Of a stretch of 64,000 nt of DNA, positions 24,769 to 37,211 are shown piece after piece (the stretch's first letter is position 1; every line of letters starts with the position of its first letter). Location of the stretch: positions 41,664,001-41,728,000 of the forward strand of contig NC_083288.1 in the NCBI RefSeq assembly GCF_963506605.1, given 5' to 3'. A program made the translations under genes and the position numbers. The stretch comes from Zootoca vivipara. Lineage: Eukaryota. Under the pieces are notes generated by a model. The model was not told where the DNA came from. It did not search any database and worked only from the letters and a program-made list of their open reading frames with translations.

Positions 24769-25525
24769 CTAATTCTTTCTCATAATAAGAAGTCCCCTGC
24801 TGTTTAACTCTGGACTCAGCAAAATCATATAACTTTTGGGGAAGAAGATGCAGCCCAGTAACCCAAAACTAGAGGCCAAAATAGAAAAGATCGCCACAGC
24901 CACCATGTACTTTCCCTTGGTACTCAGGTAGGTAGGAACAAAGGACAGCCACACACTGCAATGGTGACTGATCCTTCCTTACATTCCAGTACAATTTCTT
25001 TTAGTCCCTGAGTGCTTGTCTAAATCAGGGAGTGGGGGAGCAACTATCAGCCAGACGCTACAAATCATCATTTGAATGAGGAAGTTGAAAAGAACAATGG
25101 AGATGGCCAGATTTCCCCCCACCCATCTCCTCATTCTGGACCCTGGCTTGGTAGACATGAAACCTAGAACCACCATACAGTAGTTGTTTTTGCTAATATG
25201 CAAGACACTGCTACTGAGAAGATCACTGCAAAAGCAGTTTGTCGAAGGAGGCAAGTTATTTTTGTGGGCTGGCCAATGATAGCAAAGGACAAAGGAAAGA
25301 GAGAATGAGAGCTAGGAGGAGAGCATAGGTGAGGGTCCGACTGATGGCTTTGACGATGGGAGTTTCTTTGTGCTTGATGAAGATCCTAAGCACAAAAGCT
25401 GTAGTGAAAATCAATAAAAGAGCAAAAGTGACCAAGCTGATCCCCAGAGGTATATATCCCAGAGGATATATCCTGGCCAATGTTTGGGTACTGATCTTCT
25501 GGACATTGAACACAGTCATCCATGT
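24769..25525 (-). pseudogene. V2R pseudogene C exon 6 (B-type)
   Basis: 757 bp versus 902 bp in gene B. About 127 bp deleted at 24960, removing TM5, LPDSFNEAK and the start of TM6; frameshifts; rearranged 5' part. Confidence 0.92.
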
Positions 25526-25757
25526 CTTAAATCAAATATGAAAAATAAACATAAAATGGTACTTAATTATGGCATTCTGTTCATGAATGAGTGAACTTGA
25601 AATATCAAAAGTTAATTTTGCAGTAAGAATAGTGTAATAGGAAATTCTACCACTTGCATAATCTGAGTTTGATGACATCAAGGGTCTGCTTTCTCATGGG
25701 TTCCAAGCAAATCCAGAAATATAAACAAATCGAAACCATCCTGCTAGCAGCTGAAGG

Positions 25758-27385
25758 TGTCAGGGGCCTCTGTGTCTATTGATTTGTGTGTTTGTGGCTG
25801 GCGTTTGCACAGTCTTTTTGTTTCAGCTGATCCAACCCACTAATATTCTTATTCTCTATGAATTTGTCTGATATTCTGTTCAGCCACCCAAGCTACCTCA
25901 TGTGAAGTATGTGGAAGACAGCCCGGGATCGTTTGACCCTTTTATTATTTCTATTTTCCCTCCTATAAAAACTCCATAAGACACACTCTGTTTGAACTTT
26001 AAAGAACAAATAACTTTGCTTTAGTATTCTTGCCTTTGGATATTATTATGTTCGATGCAGGTAGGTGATACTTAAATTGCTATTATGTCTTACACAGCTA
26101 AAACTGTTACAGACTGATTAACTCTTAGCCAGACAGAAGCAGCAGACAACAAACCTGCTGCTCTAACTGTTTAATCTTTGCAAAAAATAAATATATAAAT
26201 AAAATAAGAAAATTGTCCAGTAGCACCCTAGAAACCAACTATGTTTGTTCTGGGTATAATCTTTCGTGTGCATGCACACTTCTTCAGATAACTCTTAGGC
26301 AGACGGAAACAGCACACAACAAACCACCTGTTCTAACTGTTAAGACCGTTCAACTACCGTAACTGCCATAACTGCCACAGAGTGTATGACATCACAGAGT
26401 TCTACAGTTCTTGCCGTTAACCCTTCACATATGCTTTGTGGATGCTAACATTTCACAATTTTGAATGTTAGAGCAATTAGTTTAAGCATTTAAAACACTG
26501 ATGGGAGCAAGCTGGATTGTAGTCGATCTATTTATGAAATAGAATATACCATCTGCGACGAAAGACCCTTGCTTCCGTCGTATTTATTCTACCTCTCCTG
26601 TTATTAACAGAAGTAATAGGGGTGGTCTGGGGTAAGCCGAGCCTCCCCCCTATTGCTCCCCTTAGCCTTTCTGTATTCCCTCCTGCACTCAAGGGTTTTT
26701 TTTCTATTTCGTCTTCTTTTATACAAAAGAGAGTCCTCTTCCAGCACAACCGTGGCCAGGTAGCTATTAAAGTTCAGGGCTGTATCTGAGACTATCCCTT
26801 GTGTCCACAGGATAGGGAGTTCTGCCTCTAAGAATCCCTTCCTGTAAAAGCTTTCCCCTTCCCTGAGGTAACTTTAGGACACCCTGGGTCTGTGTGCAAG
26901 GCTCGCCCTCTTGGTGCACCCCAAAGATACAAACTAACAGTTTCACTCTTGAAGGAAATGTTGTCCTCTTAATGGGTGTCCTCATGAATGAGTTTCATGT
27001 ACCTTGGCTGGCAAATAACACAGACGATTTTCTGATTGGCACTTTAACACTGGAAATCTTATTTCTCAAGAACGTAATGGTTGCTTCAAGGTATTCCTGT
27101 TGTACAAGCTTAGTTTCAATGGTAATAACCTTGTTACTCATGTACTAGATAACCTAACGACTACCTAACCTAAACCTACTCTCCTAGATCTTCTTTACAA
27201 CCACCCTCCCACTCCCACTCACCAGCACCCTCTCAACTGACCAAACGGCTGTCCCTTCTCTTTAAACATTCAACCATTCCCCTCCACCTCCTAGAATGTC
27301 CAGTCAGTCGACACGGAGTCTGAGTTAATCCTTGATGGGTCGGGTTGATAAAGCTATAACAAACAGCGTAAAAACGTCACACCAT
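25758..27385. mobile_element. LTR-like or unclassified repeats with a Penelope-like fragment at about 26213-26290
   Basis: TGTCAGGGG/GCTAACA and TGTTAG/GTCACA-type ends without matching TSDs; GTCCAGTAGCACC..ACCAAC..TTTCGTGTGCATGCACACTTCTTCAGATA motif. Recognised by eye only. Confidence 0.4.
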
Positions 27386-27441
27386 CCATTAAAGAGGTGG
27401 CAACTGTTAAATAGAACACTTATACTTATGACATTCCTTAC

Positions 27442-27567
27442 CTTTCTGGTTTAAAATCTTCCCTTCTAGACATGGAAAGCAACCATAGCAGTAAAATGCC
27501 TTCCCTTCTTTTTTTAGCTCTTTCATAACTTGAACTGCAGGTATCATTACATATGGAAATGGGACAG
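27442..27567 (-). pseudogene. V2R pseudogene C exon 5 (B-type), frameshifted
   Basis: 126 bp, aligns to B exon 5 (PISICND.CSS.Y...EGK.FYCYGCFPCLEGKILNQK) with indels; donor gtaag intact. Confidence 0.88.
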
Positions 27568-27637
27568 CTGTCAAAAATGTGTTTGCAAATATTCTACTGT
27601 ACACACAGATAAAAGCACAAAATACAGTATTATTTCT

Positions 27638-28539
27638 TTAATTTTTCTTCCTTATTAGCTGTTCCCTATTGTTCAGCTCTGGCCTCAGAATGATTATGTA
27701 ACATTTGGGGGCAAAGATGCAGCTCAGCAACCCACCACCAGAGGCTAAGATGGAGAAGATCTCCACAGCTACCATATATTTCCCCTTGGTGCTCAGATAG
27801 GAAGGAATAAAAGACAGCCAAACACTGCAGAAGACCAACATGCTGAAAGTGATAAACTTGGCTTCGTTGAAACTGTCTGGTAGCTTCCTGGCGAGGAAAG
27901 CCACAGCAAAACTTACACTTGCCAGAAAGCTCATGTAGATGAGGACACAGTAAAACATTATCACAGACCCTTCATTACATTCTAGTATAATTTCTTTAGT
28001 CATTGAGTGCATGTCCACATCTGGGTATGGGGGAGAGGTTGCCAGCCACACAGTACATATCCCTGCTTGAACTATGGAGCAGGAAAGGAGAATGGAGTGG
28101 CCTAGTCCTTTCCCCACCCATTTCCTCATCCTGGATTCTGGTTTTGTAGCCATGAAGGCCAAAACCACCGTGAAGGTTTTTGCCAGGACACAAGAAACAG
28201 CGGTTGAGAAGATGATGCCAAAAGCTGTTTGTCGGAGGAGGCAGGTCACCTTCTCAGGTCGGCCAATGAAGAGCAATGCACACAGGAAGCAGAGCAGGAG
28301 AGAGATGAGGAGAGCGTAGGTGAGGTTTCGGTTGTTTGCAATGACAATGGGTGTGTTGTGGTTTTTCATAAATGTACCAAGTACCAGAGCTGTGATCAAG
28401 GAAAGGGAAAGAGAGAAACAGGCTAAACTGATGCCCAAAGGTTCTTCATAAGACAAGAAGCTGATATCCTTGGGTAGACATGCATCCCGGTTCTTGCTTG
28501 GATAGTCTTTGTCTGGGCATTTATTACAGTCATTCATAT
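27638..28539 (-). CDS. V2R gene D exon 6 (7TM)
   Basis: 902 bp open exon, close paralog of A exon 6. Confidence 0.97.
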
Positions 28540-28662
28540 CTGGGGAAAATAATAATAAGGAAATGACCTTTAGCTCAATCATGTCAGCTTACTGAAATGT
28601 TTAATGTTCTATTTAATCTAAGTCCTAAATCTGGATCTATTTAATCTATTTATTTCTCCTAC

Positions 28663-28789
28663 CATCCTGGTTTGCAATCTTCCCCTCTGCACATGGGATG
28701 CAATCGTAGCAGCAAGGGGGCTGTCCCTCCTTCACTTTCTTGCTGGATCCTGGAAGACAACTCCCAGTACAGACCGAAAGAGGCTGAGT
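28663..28789 (-). CDS. V2R gene D exon 5
   Basis: 127 bp, AG/GT; TQPLSVCTGSCLPGSSKKVKEGQPPCCYDCIPCAEGKIANQD. Confidence 0.95.
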
Positions 28790-28945
28790 CTAATCCATAA
28801 ATGAAAGAAGAGAAGGTTCATCAAGAGTCTAATGAGTTTGGAATCTTTTATGTTCTCAGGCCTATCTCTGTTACTAATGTGACACAGCACTCCAGTAATA
28901 TGTAATGGCTATATAGAGAGCAATTGCTTCTTTTTGTATTAGCAG

Positions 28946-29185
28946 CATAGCTGCCAAGTCTCCCATTGAAAAATCTGGGATTAGCAACATCCGGTGCTGC
29001 CGTTGCCCGATTTCTGGTGCCCAGACATGGGCAGAGCGGCACCCGAAATCGGTTCTGTGCATGTCCAGAAATGTGCAGAAGGAGCCAACCTGGCAGGTAG
29101 GAAATCGGGGGATTTATGGGTTTTTTTCCTATTGGGGATTACGGTGGGGGGTTTCCCGCGAAAAATGGGAGACTTGGCAGCTATG
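28946..29185. mobile_element. hAT MITE, 240 bp
   Basis: TIR CATAGCTGCCAAGTCTCCCATT at both ends; flanks ATTAGCAG/ATTTGTAG; a single ATTTGTAG at the empty site in F (about 53130). Confidence 0.85.
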
Positions 29186-30275
29186 ATTTGTAGTAGTAAT
29201 ATTTGAAGTTATGTGATATTCCCTTGATATTGCTCTGGGATGTGCAGTGCCCCATCTGTTCTGCAAAGATTGCTCTGTCCATTAAGGTACACTTTGAAGT
29301 TACTCTAGTTTCCCTGTTAATTTTGTTATAATTGATACTTTTGAGTATGTTGTCCACTAGGTAGACAGCTCTAGAACTGATTTTGGTGCCAGTGGCTACA
29401 CCTTTTCTTGGACCCATCAGATGCTGCCTGGGGAAAAGTTCCGAATAAGACATCCAGAGTGGCTGGGGAAACCTACCCAGATTGGGGTGTGTTGTTGTTG
29501 TTGTTTGAGGAATGCAATCTTTGTGATTTCTAATACAAAAATATTCTGGACAAATTTGTGAATTGGAGTGAAGCTATCCAAGACCTATGACACTCCTTGG
29601 AATGCTGCAAAACAATTCTCACCATGTTAAGAACAAAATATACCTCTGAAAACATATTTTGAGATCACTCTTTTTAAAAGTTTGATGCATCCATTCCTAA
29701 TGCTCTGTCTCTTGCTCTTCACACCTGTCTTCGTCTGTCCCTCCTTCACTCTCTCAGTCTTCACCACTTCTCTTGTTTCCATCTCTTCCACTGGCAGCCT
29801 TAGAAGATAAGTGGTCTCCTGCATCTGCTGCTGTCCTCGATTTCTTCCTCTGGTATTATAATTTCCCCACCTTTCTAGCAAGAAATACAAAACTCTGGGG
29901 CTATTCAATTCATACATCATCTTTCACTATGTCAGAAATCAGTATTTAATAAGTGTAAAGAAATCCCAATTGCTTCTGTTTATATTACAATAGTTTTCTT
30001 TTTTAGGATTAGGATTCTGGTTGAAGCCTTCCAGCGGAAAATAATAATGCATTTAATTAGTCCAACTCATCACTTGTCTGCAGTGTTAGATGTAAGGTTG
30101 TTTCAAGGTCACAATGATTGTGAAGAAATCCACTTTGTTGCTTCATGGTCTCTAAGCATGTCTACCCTCTTGTGCTGGGGAAATGTAACCAGAAGCTCTA
30201 TTTGACTGAAAGAAGACCTGTCCTTCTGTCTCCAGGCCTTCCCATAGAAAAACTGATTCTTTTTTACCTGGACCT

Positions 30276-31078
30276 AATATCAACAACCTCAGATATGCAG
30301 ATGACACAACCTTGATGTCAGAAAGTGAGGAGGAATTAAGGAACCTTTTAATGAGGGTGAAAGAGGAAAGCGCAAAATATGGCCTGAAGTTCAACATCCA
30401 AAAAACCAAGATCATGGCCATGTTTCCATCACCTCCAGGCAAATAGAAGGGGAAGAAATGGAGGCAGTGAGAAATTTTACTTTCTTGGGCTCCATGATCA
30501 CTGCAGATCGTGTGACAGCCATCACAAAATTAAAAGATGCCTGCTTCTTGGGAGAAAAGTGATGACAAACCTAGACAGCATCTTAAAAAGCAGAGACATC
30601 ACCTTGACGACAAAGGTCCATATAGTTAAAGCTATGGCTTTCCGAGAAGTGATGTATGGAAGTGAGAGCTGGACCATAAAGAAGGCTGACCGCCAAAAAA
30701 TGATGCTTTTGAATTATGGTGCGGGAGGAGACTCTCGAGAGTCCCATGGACTGCAAGAAGATCAAACCTACCCATTCTTAAGGAAATCAGACTTGAGTGC
30801 TCACTGCAGGGACAGATCCTGAAGCTGAGGCTCCAGTACTTTGGCCACTTCATGAGAAGAGAAGACTCCATGGAAAAGACCCTGATGTTGGGAAAGATGG
30901 AGGGCACAAGGAGAAGGGGATGACAGAGGACGAGATGGTTCGACAGTGTTCTCGAAGCTATGAACATGAGTTTGACCAAACTGCGGGAGGCTGTTGAAGA
31001 CAGGAGTGCCAGGCGTGCTATGCTCCTTGGGGTCATGAAGAGTCGGACATGACTAAATGACTAAACAACAACAACAAT
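30276..31078 (+). mobile_element. BovB (RTE) LINE 3' fragment
   Basis: INNLRYADDTTL; DSILKSRDITL.TKVHIVKAM; (CAA)n tail. Confidence 0.92.
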
Positions 31079-31453
31079 GACCCACATTCAGATGAAGGAT
31101 TCTGTGGTGCAAAAACCACATTTGCATGGATGCAGCTTGTAGTGTGGTCTGTGAATGGTTGGGATTAGGCTGAGACAACCTAGCTGTTGTTATTTTTGTC
31201 TGAATTAGGATCCCCCTAAGGCATATTTACATTGTATTCTTCTTTTTTGTAACCTCCTTAATAAAATATTTGCCTTTAATCCAAGTGTGGCTTCTAGCAG
31301 TAAGCTTTTGGTTCATAATCTAGTATCTAGATGCTTTGGTCATACACCACTCATCAATTTACGACTCAAAAGACAGTGAGCAGACCTGCAGGTGAATAAT
31401 GATTGCTTATTCAATATGAATCTCTTTGGAATTAGCAAACAATTCAACCCTAC

Positions 31454-31681
31454 CTGGTTAAACCAACTGTGCCATGTGATGGCATCTTCCTCAAGGATGA
31501 ATGATTGGTCTGCAGGAGCTTGTGGATCTATCCAGCCAGCTCTCACTCTGTGCAAACTTTGGTTGGCGAATATGATCCAATTGACAATGTCCAAACTAGA
31601 TTCTGCCTCCCCATTCTGGTTGATGAAGACCACATCTCCTGCCGTATTGTTAAATGAGATATTTCTCAGAAAGTGATGGAG
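31454..31681 (-). CDS. V2R gene D exon 4
   Basis: 228 bp, AG/GT, open. Confidence 0.95.
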
Positions 31682-32055
31682 CTAGAATGAAAACAGAAAA
31701 GGCAGAGATTTGGGAAAAACTGCAGTCTAATGCAGGGTGGAGCATCCCCCCCCCCCGTGGGCAGAACCTACAGCAAGTGGGGGGGGGATGATTCAGTCAA
31801 CTGTCAGTGGATTCAAGTCCAAGCATGGAAAGAGCCTATCAGTTTTCTTTCACACACATGCCTCTCTCTCAGTCTTTCTTAGAACCCTTCTTTTAGCCCA
31901 TAAATATGTTTATGTAGTGAGGTCTCATTCTCTCTCTCTCTCTCTTCCCACCCCACTGAATATCTCAGAAGACAGGGCACTGGTGTGTGACCATCTCCTC
32001 TAAGGAAGGATTTGTTTAATATGGGATAGAGGGAATGCTGAACATCTCTCTAAAC

Positions 32056-32331
32056 CAGGGGTCAGCAAACTTTTTCAGCAGGGGGCCGGTCCACTGTCCC
32101 TCACACCTTGTGGGGGGCCGGACTATAATTTTTTTTTTGGGGGGGTGAACAAATTCCTATGCCCCACAAATAACCCAGAGATGCATTTTAAATAAAAGCA
32201 CTCATTCTACACATGTAAAAACACCAGACAGGCCCCACAAATAACCCAGAGATGCATTTTAAATAAAAGGACACATTCTACTCATGTAAAAACATGCTGA
32301 GGGCCCCCGGGCCTTAGTTTGGAGACCCCTG
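32056..32331. mobile_element. hAT (Charlie-like) MITE, 276 bp
   Basis: CAGGGGTCAGCAAACT / AGTTTGGAGACCCCTG ends; exact 8-bp TSD CTCTAAAC; absent in E. Confidence 0.9.
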
Positions 32332-32705
32332 CTCTAAACCATTCCACTGCTTCCTATCTGAGAATGCAGTGGCATCTCAGTGGGTTGCAAAGCTTCCCTC
32401 ATAAAAATGTTTTCTCCTCAAATACAGGGCAATGGCTGCTCAGAGAAGGACACAGCCATCATTTCCCTTTCCTATAGGGTCTCCTGCAGCACAATATGTG
32501 GGGAATCATCTAGGATTTCATCATATCCATGCCACCTGCTATTCTGCCTGCAAAGTTATGAATTCAGTTCTGGGTTCTTCTTCCTCATACACTAGTGCAA
32601 ATGTTTGAACTCTGAGAAGAACGAGAAAGCTAATAGGATTTTTGGGAACCCAAAAAGTGTCAGGAAGGAACAGGGCTTTCACAGTTGAGGATGTTCAGCC
32701 TTTAC

Positions 32706-33566
32706 CTGCCAAAACTGTTGATCCAGATTCTTCCCTCTCCCTCCATACACCATTCCTCTGTGCCTGAGTCTGGATGTGGACATGGCATGTAAAGCATGGG
32801 CCACTGCGTAGACAGCACTGTGGATGCTGTAACTGTGGCCTGTCATGCTCATTTCAAAAAGTGATCCAGGAAGGTTCTCCAGGTTCTCTTCTCCTGTGCA
32901 AATATTCCCCACTACCTTGTCTGAAGTGATATCTGGGAATTCACATTCAAAGGCCTGTTGCCAGAAGTCCCTGATAAAACCATCCCCTTCAGTGCTGGAA
33001 GGGTTTCTGTGCAGAACATACTGATGAAATCCTGGTGGGTTTCTAAAATGAATTTCAAATGCTATAGCTCCATTGAATATTCCCGAATCCCAGTTCCTTT
33101 GAAAGACAAATGAAGCAAACTCAACTTGGGCTATTGTTATCCATATTTTACTTTTTACATTATTTCTTATGTCATCATATTCTGATAGGTTAGGAAGCCA
33201 TCTAAAAGTTGCCATGGAATAAGATTCTCCACAGGCAACCACTACGTTAGCGTTGCTGATAAACATTTTCTGGCTTATTGTTGCACCCTGTTGTATCATT
33301 CCAGTAATTTCAGAAATAAAACTAAAATTGGGGATTCTTTTTATGAATGCAAAGCAGACACCACTCTTGGTAAACATTGGGAAAATGGTTTGCACAAATC
33401 TTTCTCCATTGTCATTGTCCGTTGCAATGACTCCAATCCACGTCCACCTGAAATGCAGAAGCAAAGAGAGAATTCCCTTATACTGAAGGGCTTCTGGGGC
33501 TGCCATCTGGTAGAAGGGAAGTCCTGGGGTTTTGTTATTCATCACTGGAGCAGAGCCGTAAATGAG
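32706..33566 (-). CDS. V2R gene D exon 3
   Basis: 861 bp, AG/GT, open. Confidence 0.96.
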
Positions 33567-34125
33567 CTAAAAAGTAAATGGAGGAAGAGAAGAGGCAAAG
33601 TAATATTTGCAGAGTTTTTTCAAAGTATTCATATACATCATGTGATGAATCCTGTTAGTCAAATATTCCCTTAGCCACCCACCAGAGGTTGCATTGCCTC
33701 TCTCATTTATACAAAAGATACACATGCAAATGGCCTGAAAATTGGGGTCATCTCCCATTCCTGCTTGTTAAATATTTGTTCTGTTGACGGGTTGGGGGGG
33801 GGCATTGTTCCTATTTTTAAAAACATACCGAACCAAAAACCTATGCATACTTGCAGGGTCTTGTATGATGGATAAAACTGTTTGGAAGGACACACTATGC
33901 CCTAAATAGAGGATTGTCTACCCCTACATGAGACAATATTTACGGTAGCCGTGTCAGAATTGCAACATGGGTCAGATATACATTTCTTCTCTGAAGTTTC
34001 TTTTGTCTTCATGGTGCATATACCCCAACTGCCACAACTTCCATTTCTGCCTCTTTCCCCTCCAATGCTTCTCAGACTTCACTGATGAACATTTATTTCA
34101 CATTGGTACCAGATGCACAGTACTA

Positions 34126-34404
34126 CAGTGGAACCTCGGTATATGAACACCTCGGTTTATGAATTTTCGGTTTAGAATGCCACGGACCCATCTGGAACGG
34201 ATTAATTCACTTTTCATTACTTTCAATGGCAAAGTTCGCTTCAGTTTATGAACGCTTCAGTGTATGAACAGACTTCCAGAACCAATTACACCCATGCTTC
34301 GGGTTAAGTACGCTTCAGGTTGAGTACTCTGCGGACCTGTCTGGAACGGATTAATCCACTTTCCATTACTTTCAATGGGAAATTTCGCTTCAGTTTATGA
34401 ACGC
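34126..34404. mobile_element. Tigger/pogo-like MITE, right end lost
   Basis: TA followed by CAGTGGAACCTCGGT; internal duplication of about 70 bp; absent in E. Confidence 0.7.
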
Positions 34405-34710
34405 CTGCAGCATTGGACAGTATCTGCAATTTCTCATACCTCCAGAGTGTGTTTAATTTGAAAGTCCTTTCCCCCTAAACATTCAGTGGCCTTTGGGATA
34501 TCAGTGTCCTTGAGGTGTGTGTGACATATTTTCTTCAAGTATTGCAGTCTTTCTTTTCCTTTGTTCAGGTTATTTTATTTTTATTCTGTACTTTTTTTTT
34601 TACAAGGAACTGGTTCTGCTCCCAATTTCATCCTCACCCAGAACTGGTGCTGTGAATTCAGCCTCTTTCTCAATGCAAGCTAATAGAGGTATTGTACATA
34701 GGTGTCTTAC

Positions 34711-35002
34711 CTGTGGAATCTTATAGATATCCAAAACAGTTGCCAAATAAAAGGAGATTTCAGAATCAAGTCCACCAATGATCCCAGCCAGATGATTTTC
34801 AACATCACATATATAGTTTGGGACAAATTTCTTTGCCATGGATAAAAGCAGCAGTGTGGCAAGATATGTGCTCCTTGCATTGATATAGCTGTCATATAAG
34901 TGAAAGCCCAAGGTGATATTGGGTAAGATGTGAGGGTCTTTGTTGATCTCATTTACTGCAAATGCCAAGGCAATGATATGCTGGTAAAGCTTAGGCAGCA
35001 CC
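34711..35002 (-). CDS. V2R gene D exon 2
   Basis: 292 bp, AG/GT, open. Confidence 0.96.
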
Positions 35003-36193
35003 CTAGAATGAGAGTTGCAAACAGTATCAGAAGGAACTGATATATCATTTTACATATCAACACAGTGGAGTTAACTACCTCTCGATTCCATTGCTGAATA
35101 GTTATTATAATCAGCAAGTTCTTCCAGATGTTTAGAAAACAAGCTTGCTCCATTTTCCTGGTGACAGCCCTTGAGAAACTTGAGAATAGCAATCCTACTT
35201 CACCTCAGCCTTATATTTTCATAGCTAAAAATACCCACCCACTCCCAACTTTTCCTCACAAGGTTTGGTTTCCAGACACTTGATCATATGTGTCACCTTC
35301 CTCAGCACTTGTTGAAGGTTGTCAATATCTTTCTTAAATAGTGCTGAACACCACTGAGCACAAGGCACCAGGTGTGGACTGAGCATGGCAGAATAGCACT
35401 GCTCCATTAATTCTTTTGATTGGGGCACTATACTTCTGTTGATGCAGACTCCTTCATCCTTTTCACATGTGCTACTGGCATGCCAGATTTTCCCTATCTT
35501 AGATTTGTGCAGCTGATATTTCCAGCCTAAGTGCAGAACCTGCCATTTTTCCCAGCTGAAATTCATTTTGTTAGTTTTGCCCCAGATCTCCCATCTGTAA
35601 AGGCCAATGGTATCTAGACCAGGGGTTGTGTTGCTATTGTGTTGCTCATAGGAACATTGGAACCCATGAGGTCTTTCCCTGAAACATCTAGGCCTTTCCC
35701 TGACATTTACATTGCTTCTCAGCTCTCTCCTCTAATGACACCTTCCTTATTCATGAGGCAGTGATAGTGGTTGTAATTCACAGATTTCTATACTTCATAA
35801 TGTATACTGTACCATCATTTTGAAACAAACCTTAGATTAAGATCAGAAAATGACATTATAGGGCACTTTGGTTCAGAACAGGGTTTTATTTTTTTTAATT
35901 GATTCTCACTTACACTCCTGTTCAGATAACGTGTATCAAAAACGGCTGTTCAAAAGGGCTATCTCAGACATACAAATATATATACATTTATATTCATTTC
36001 TCTTTCGAGAAATTAGAGCTTCTACAATATTCTCTTGATTCACAAGAGATTCCAATGGATTTTTACATCAGCAAATATCCCGCTTTTCCCTAGGTAAATG
36101 GGCATACGTTTGCAGCCTTTGTCATTATTCTGAGGCTGCAACTCTAGGTTTGATCATTCCTCTGGAGTAATAAATGAGTGACTTAGTTCTTAC

Positions 36194-36411
36194 ACAAGCT
36201 CTTCAGGCAGTGCTGGTGGAGGTTCCTCAGTGAATGTTGCTGGAGAGGAGATGAAGCCACCATGGGAAACAATGCCACCAATGAGAAACTCTCCTGGCTG
36301 ATGATACATGTGAAGTGGACGGTGTGGACCATGGAGCCTGAGTTTCTCTATGTGAGCCTGACATACTTTGTAAGAGAAAAGTTCCAGCAGCAAGACCACT
36401 AATACCACCAT
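36194..36411 (-). CDS. V2R gene D exon 1
   Basis: 218 bp, ATG at 36411, donor gtaaga. Confidence 0.92.
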
Positions 36412-36994
36412 TCTCAATACAAAGGCCACTATTTGTTCTATGCAGAAACCATAGAACTCTCTTCTCCAAGATAAAAATTGTCTTGTTTAAATGGTAGTTT
36501 ATTTCCCCAAGATGCCGCAATCTTGGATTATCCAAAACCACCGTAAGTCCACAGGTTTTTTTTTGAGAAGAAACAGCTCAAATTATAGCCCAGTTAATCA
36601 TCAAGCAGGAATATAGTTTTTCATCCAGCGGTAAGGATGCCCTCTGGAATTGCTGAAGAAAATATGTTTGTCACATATTTTCAGAACTGTTATTTTTATT
36701 ACCCTTTCATAAGATAATAAGGGACAAGTGGTGTATTGTTGAAGTTGGAAGTTAGAAGCTCATTATAGAAGACCTTGTCACCAATTGGGTTTCCAAAATA
36801 CGTAGTCAGCATCTGGGAATTAGGGTCCCTTCCAGGGACATGAGCCACTGCTTCCCTTAATCAGGGGAAAGTGAAGGTTGAACAGTTACATGGGCTGCTC
36901 TCTTGGGTTTGGGAAACTGTTTTGTTGGGTTGAGGCAAAATGAATACAGGGAGATTTAGTTCAGTTACATCTCATATTCAGTTTTTGCAGACAT

Positions 36995-37211
36995 GTTTGT
37001 TGTTGTTGTTTAGTCCTGTCCGACTCTTCGTGACCCCATGGACCATAGCACACCAGGCACTCCATTCTTCTACTGCCTCCTGCAGTTTGGTCAAACTCAT
37101 GTTCGTAGCTTCGAGAACACTGTCCAACCATCTCATCCTCTGTCGTCCCCTTCTCCTTGTGCCCTCCATCTTTCCCAACATCAGGGTCTTTTCCAGGGTC
37201 TTTTCCAATAT
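36995..37211 (-). mobile_element. Short BovB 3' fragment
   Basis: (CAA)n tail; LEKTLMLGKMEGTRRRGRQRMRWLD; 14-bp TSD GTTTTT(G/T)CAGACAT; empty site in E at about 49522. Confidence 0.88.

Noticed and set aside
27638-28582. ORF-track N-termini of exon 6, exon 3 and exon 2 ORFs (e.g. [14 protein letters not shown])
   Set aside because: These are intronic read-through upstream of AG acceptors, not real starts; the exons belong to six-exon genes.
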